A DNA stretch of 63,570 nt, the filler included, from Olpidium bornovanus S191 (Eukaryota > Fungi > Olpidiomycota), in NCBI GenBank assembly GCA_017911155.1. It is 35 parts of 35 records of this genome, joined end to end, with 100 filler letters (N's around TTAATTAATTAA, not from the genome) between each part and the next. Parts side by side here need not be neighbours in the genome. Positions count along the whole stretch, not along the records: positions 62,364 to 63,570 come from JAEFCI010005887.1; 34 more parts are not named here. One strand, written 5' to 3'. How positions within the stretch are numbered: the first letter of the stretch is position 1; each line of letters starts with the position of its first letter. The notes under the pieces are model-generated. The model was not told where the DNA came from. It saw nothing but the letters and a program-made list of their open reading frames with translations, and made no database searches. Shown one piece after another: positions 62,525 to 63,570 of this stretch. The translations under genes and the position numbers were made by a program.

Positions 62525-63282
62525 CGTTCTGTATCATCGCCGCCAAGGCCTTTTTGACGAGCAGGGCGGTGTCAAGCACGATGAGCTTGAAGCTCACCGG
62601 AAGAGGGTCGTAGCAGGTGTGCTCCCTGTAAAAATACAGAAGCGTAGAACAAATCTGTCAAACCGCCGGGGCTTTCGCGCTCGTATGCCGAGAGGGGGAG
62701 AGAGACCTGCTGGCCCTCAGCACGCGGGTCCCGCGCCCCCCGCCCCACCTATCTCTTCCTTTCCCTCCCCCTCCCCTTCCCCTTACTTCCAGTCCAACCC
62801 TCCTTCCCTCTTTCCCGTTTCTCTCCCCCCCCCCCTTCCCGCCTGCGTTTGCGGAGCGGCAGGGGCGTCGCCGTTTCTCCAGCTCACTTTAGGAAGCGCA
62901 CGATCAGCTCCCTTCCTCTCCGCGTGAGCTCGCCGTCGTCGCCGTTCTCGCTGTCGGCGGGGCCGCCTCCCTCCTGGGGACGAATCCTTTCGCCGCGGCG
63001 GTCGGACGGGAACGCGCCCGGCGCGTCCGGCAGCGACGACGGCGGCATCCCGGCGGCTCCTGCGGCGTCGAAGACGTCGTCCAGCTGCTCGTCCAGTCCG
63101 CCCAGCAGGTGGTCCTCGCCCTCGCCCTCCTCCTCCTCCTCCTCCTCCTCCTCCTCGTCGTCGTCGTCGCCGCCGTCGTCGTACTCGTCCTCTGCCGCCT
63201 CCTCGAGATCGGCAGCGACACGGTCGCCTCGGCCGGCCGCTGCCCGGTCCCACGCAGCCGCTTCGCGGAATGACGGCGGCAT
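62525..63282 (-). CDS. SNF4: AMPK gamma subunit Snf4, first two exons, with an acidic N-terminal extension
   Basis: ..GRELIVRFLK|EHTCYDPLPVSFKLIVLDTALLVKKALAAMIQNG, the conserved entry into CBS1 (F.K..TCYD.LP.S.KL.V.DT.L.VKKA). Confidence 0.93.
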
Positions 63283-63418
63283 TGTTCTCAGGTTTTAATT
63301 TTTTTTTTTTTTTTTTTTTTTTCAGAGAGCGAGCGAAAGGAGGAGCGGGGAAAGGGGGACCGGAAGGTGGGGAAGGGTTCGGGGGGGGCTGTGTTTTGGG
63401 CCCTGTTTACGGGGGGTT

Positions 63419-63450
<32 letters not shown>

Positions 63451-63570
63451 AATTTGGCCGTTTTTTGGGGGGCGGTAGTTGGCTTTAAGTGTCGTGCACC
63501 GTATTGAGGGGATTGAGAGGCAGGTTAATCCAGAGCGTGTCCATGAGCCCCACCAACGCGCGATCTGGGC

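Overview
This is eukaryotic, intron-rich, GC-rich fungal DNA, and it is not one locus. The window is 35 unrelated short contigs (about 1-3.8 kb) joined by 34 identical artificial 100-bp spacers (44 N + TTAATTAATTAA + 44 N, a six-frame stop linker), so neighbourhood across spacers has no biological meaning and most genes are fragments. Recognisable genes are TFIIB, Gtr1/RagA, a 5'-nucleotidase-fold protein, CCDC124, 3-ketoacyl-CoA thiolase, calmodulin, a TBC protein, mitochondrial S12, CDC50, PSO2/SNM1, a Qc-SNARE, MFSD5, the mitochondrial citrate carrier, a PB1 protein, a Nab2/ZC3H14-like protein, CCDC130, phosphoglucomutase, Sec18/NSF, MYCBP/FAP174, a STIMATE-family membrane protein, RPS30 and Snf4. 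There are also two decayed LTR-retrotransposon gag regions and many tandem repeats and long homopolymers. The gene set suggests an early-diverging, probably zoosporic fungus; the assembly style reminds me of Olpidium, which I cannot verify here. I found no multi-gene novel system, and the assembly structure would hide one. The best leads are a 75-aa secreted Pro/Tyr/Arg peptide with YPRPP repeats, a secreted 5'-nucleotidase homolog whose metal ligands are replaced by Asn (probable pseudoenzyme), a 6-nt microexon in Gtr1, a divergent calmodulin, and a strong excess of contig ends at CATG.
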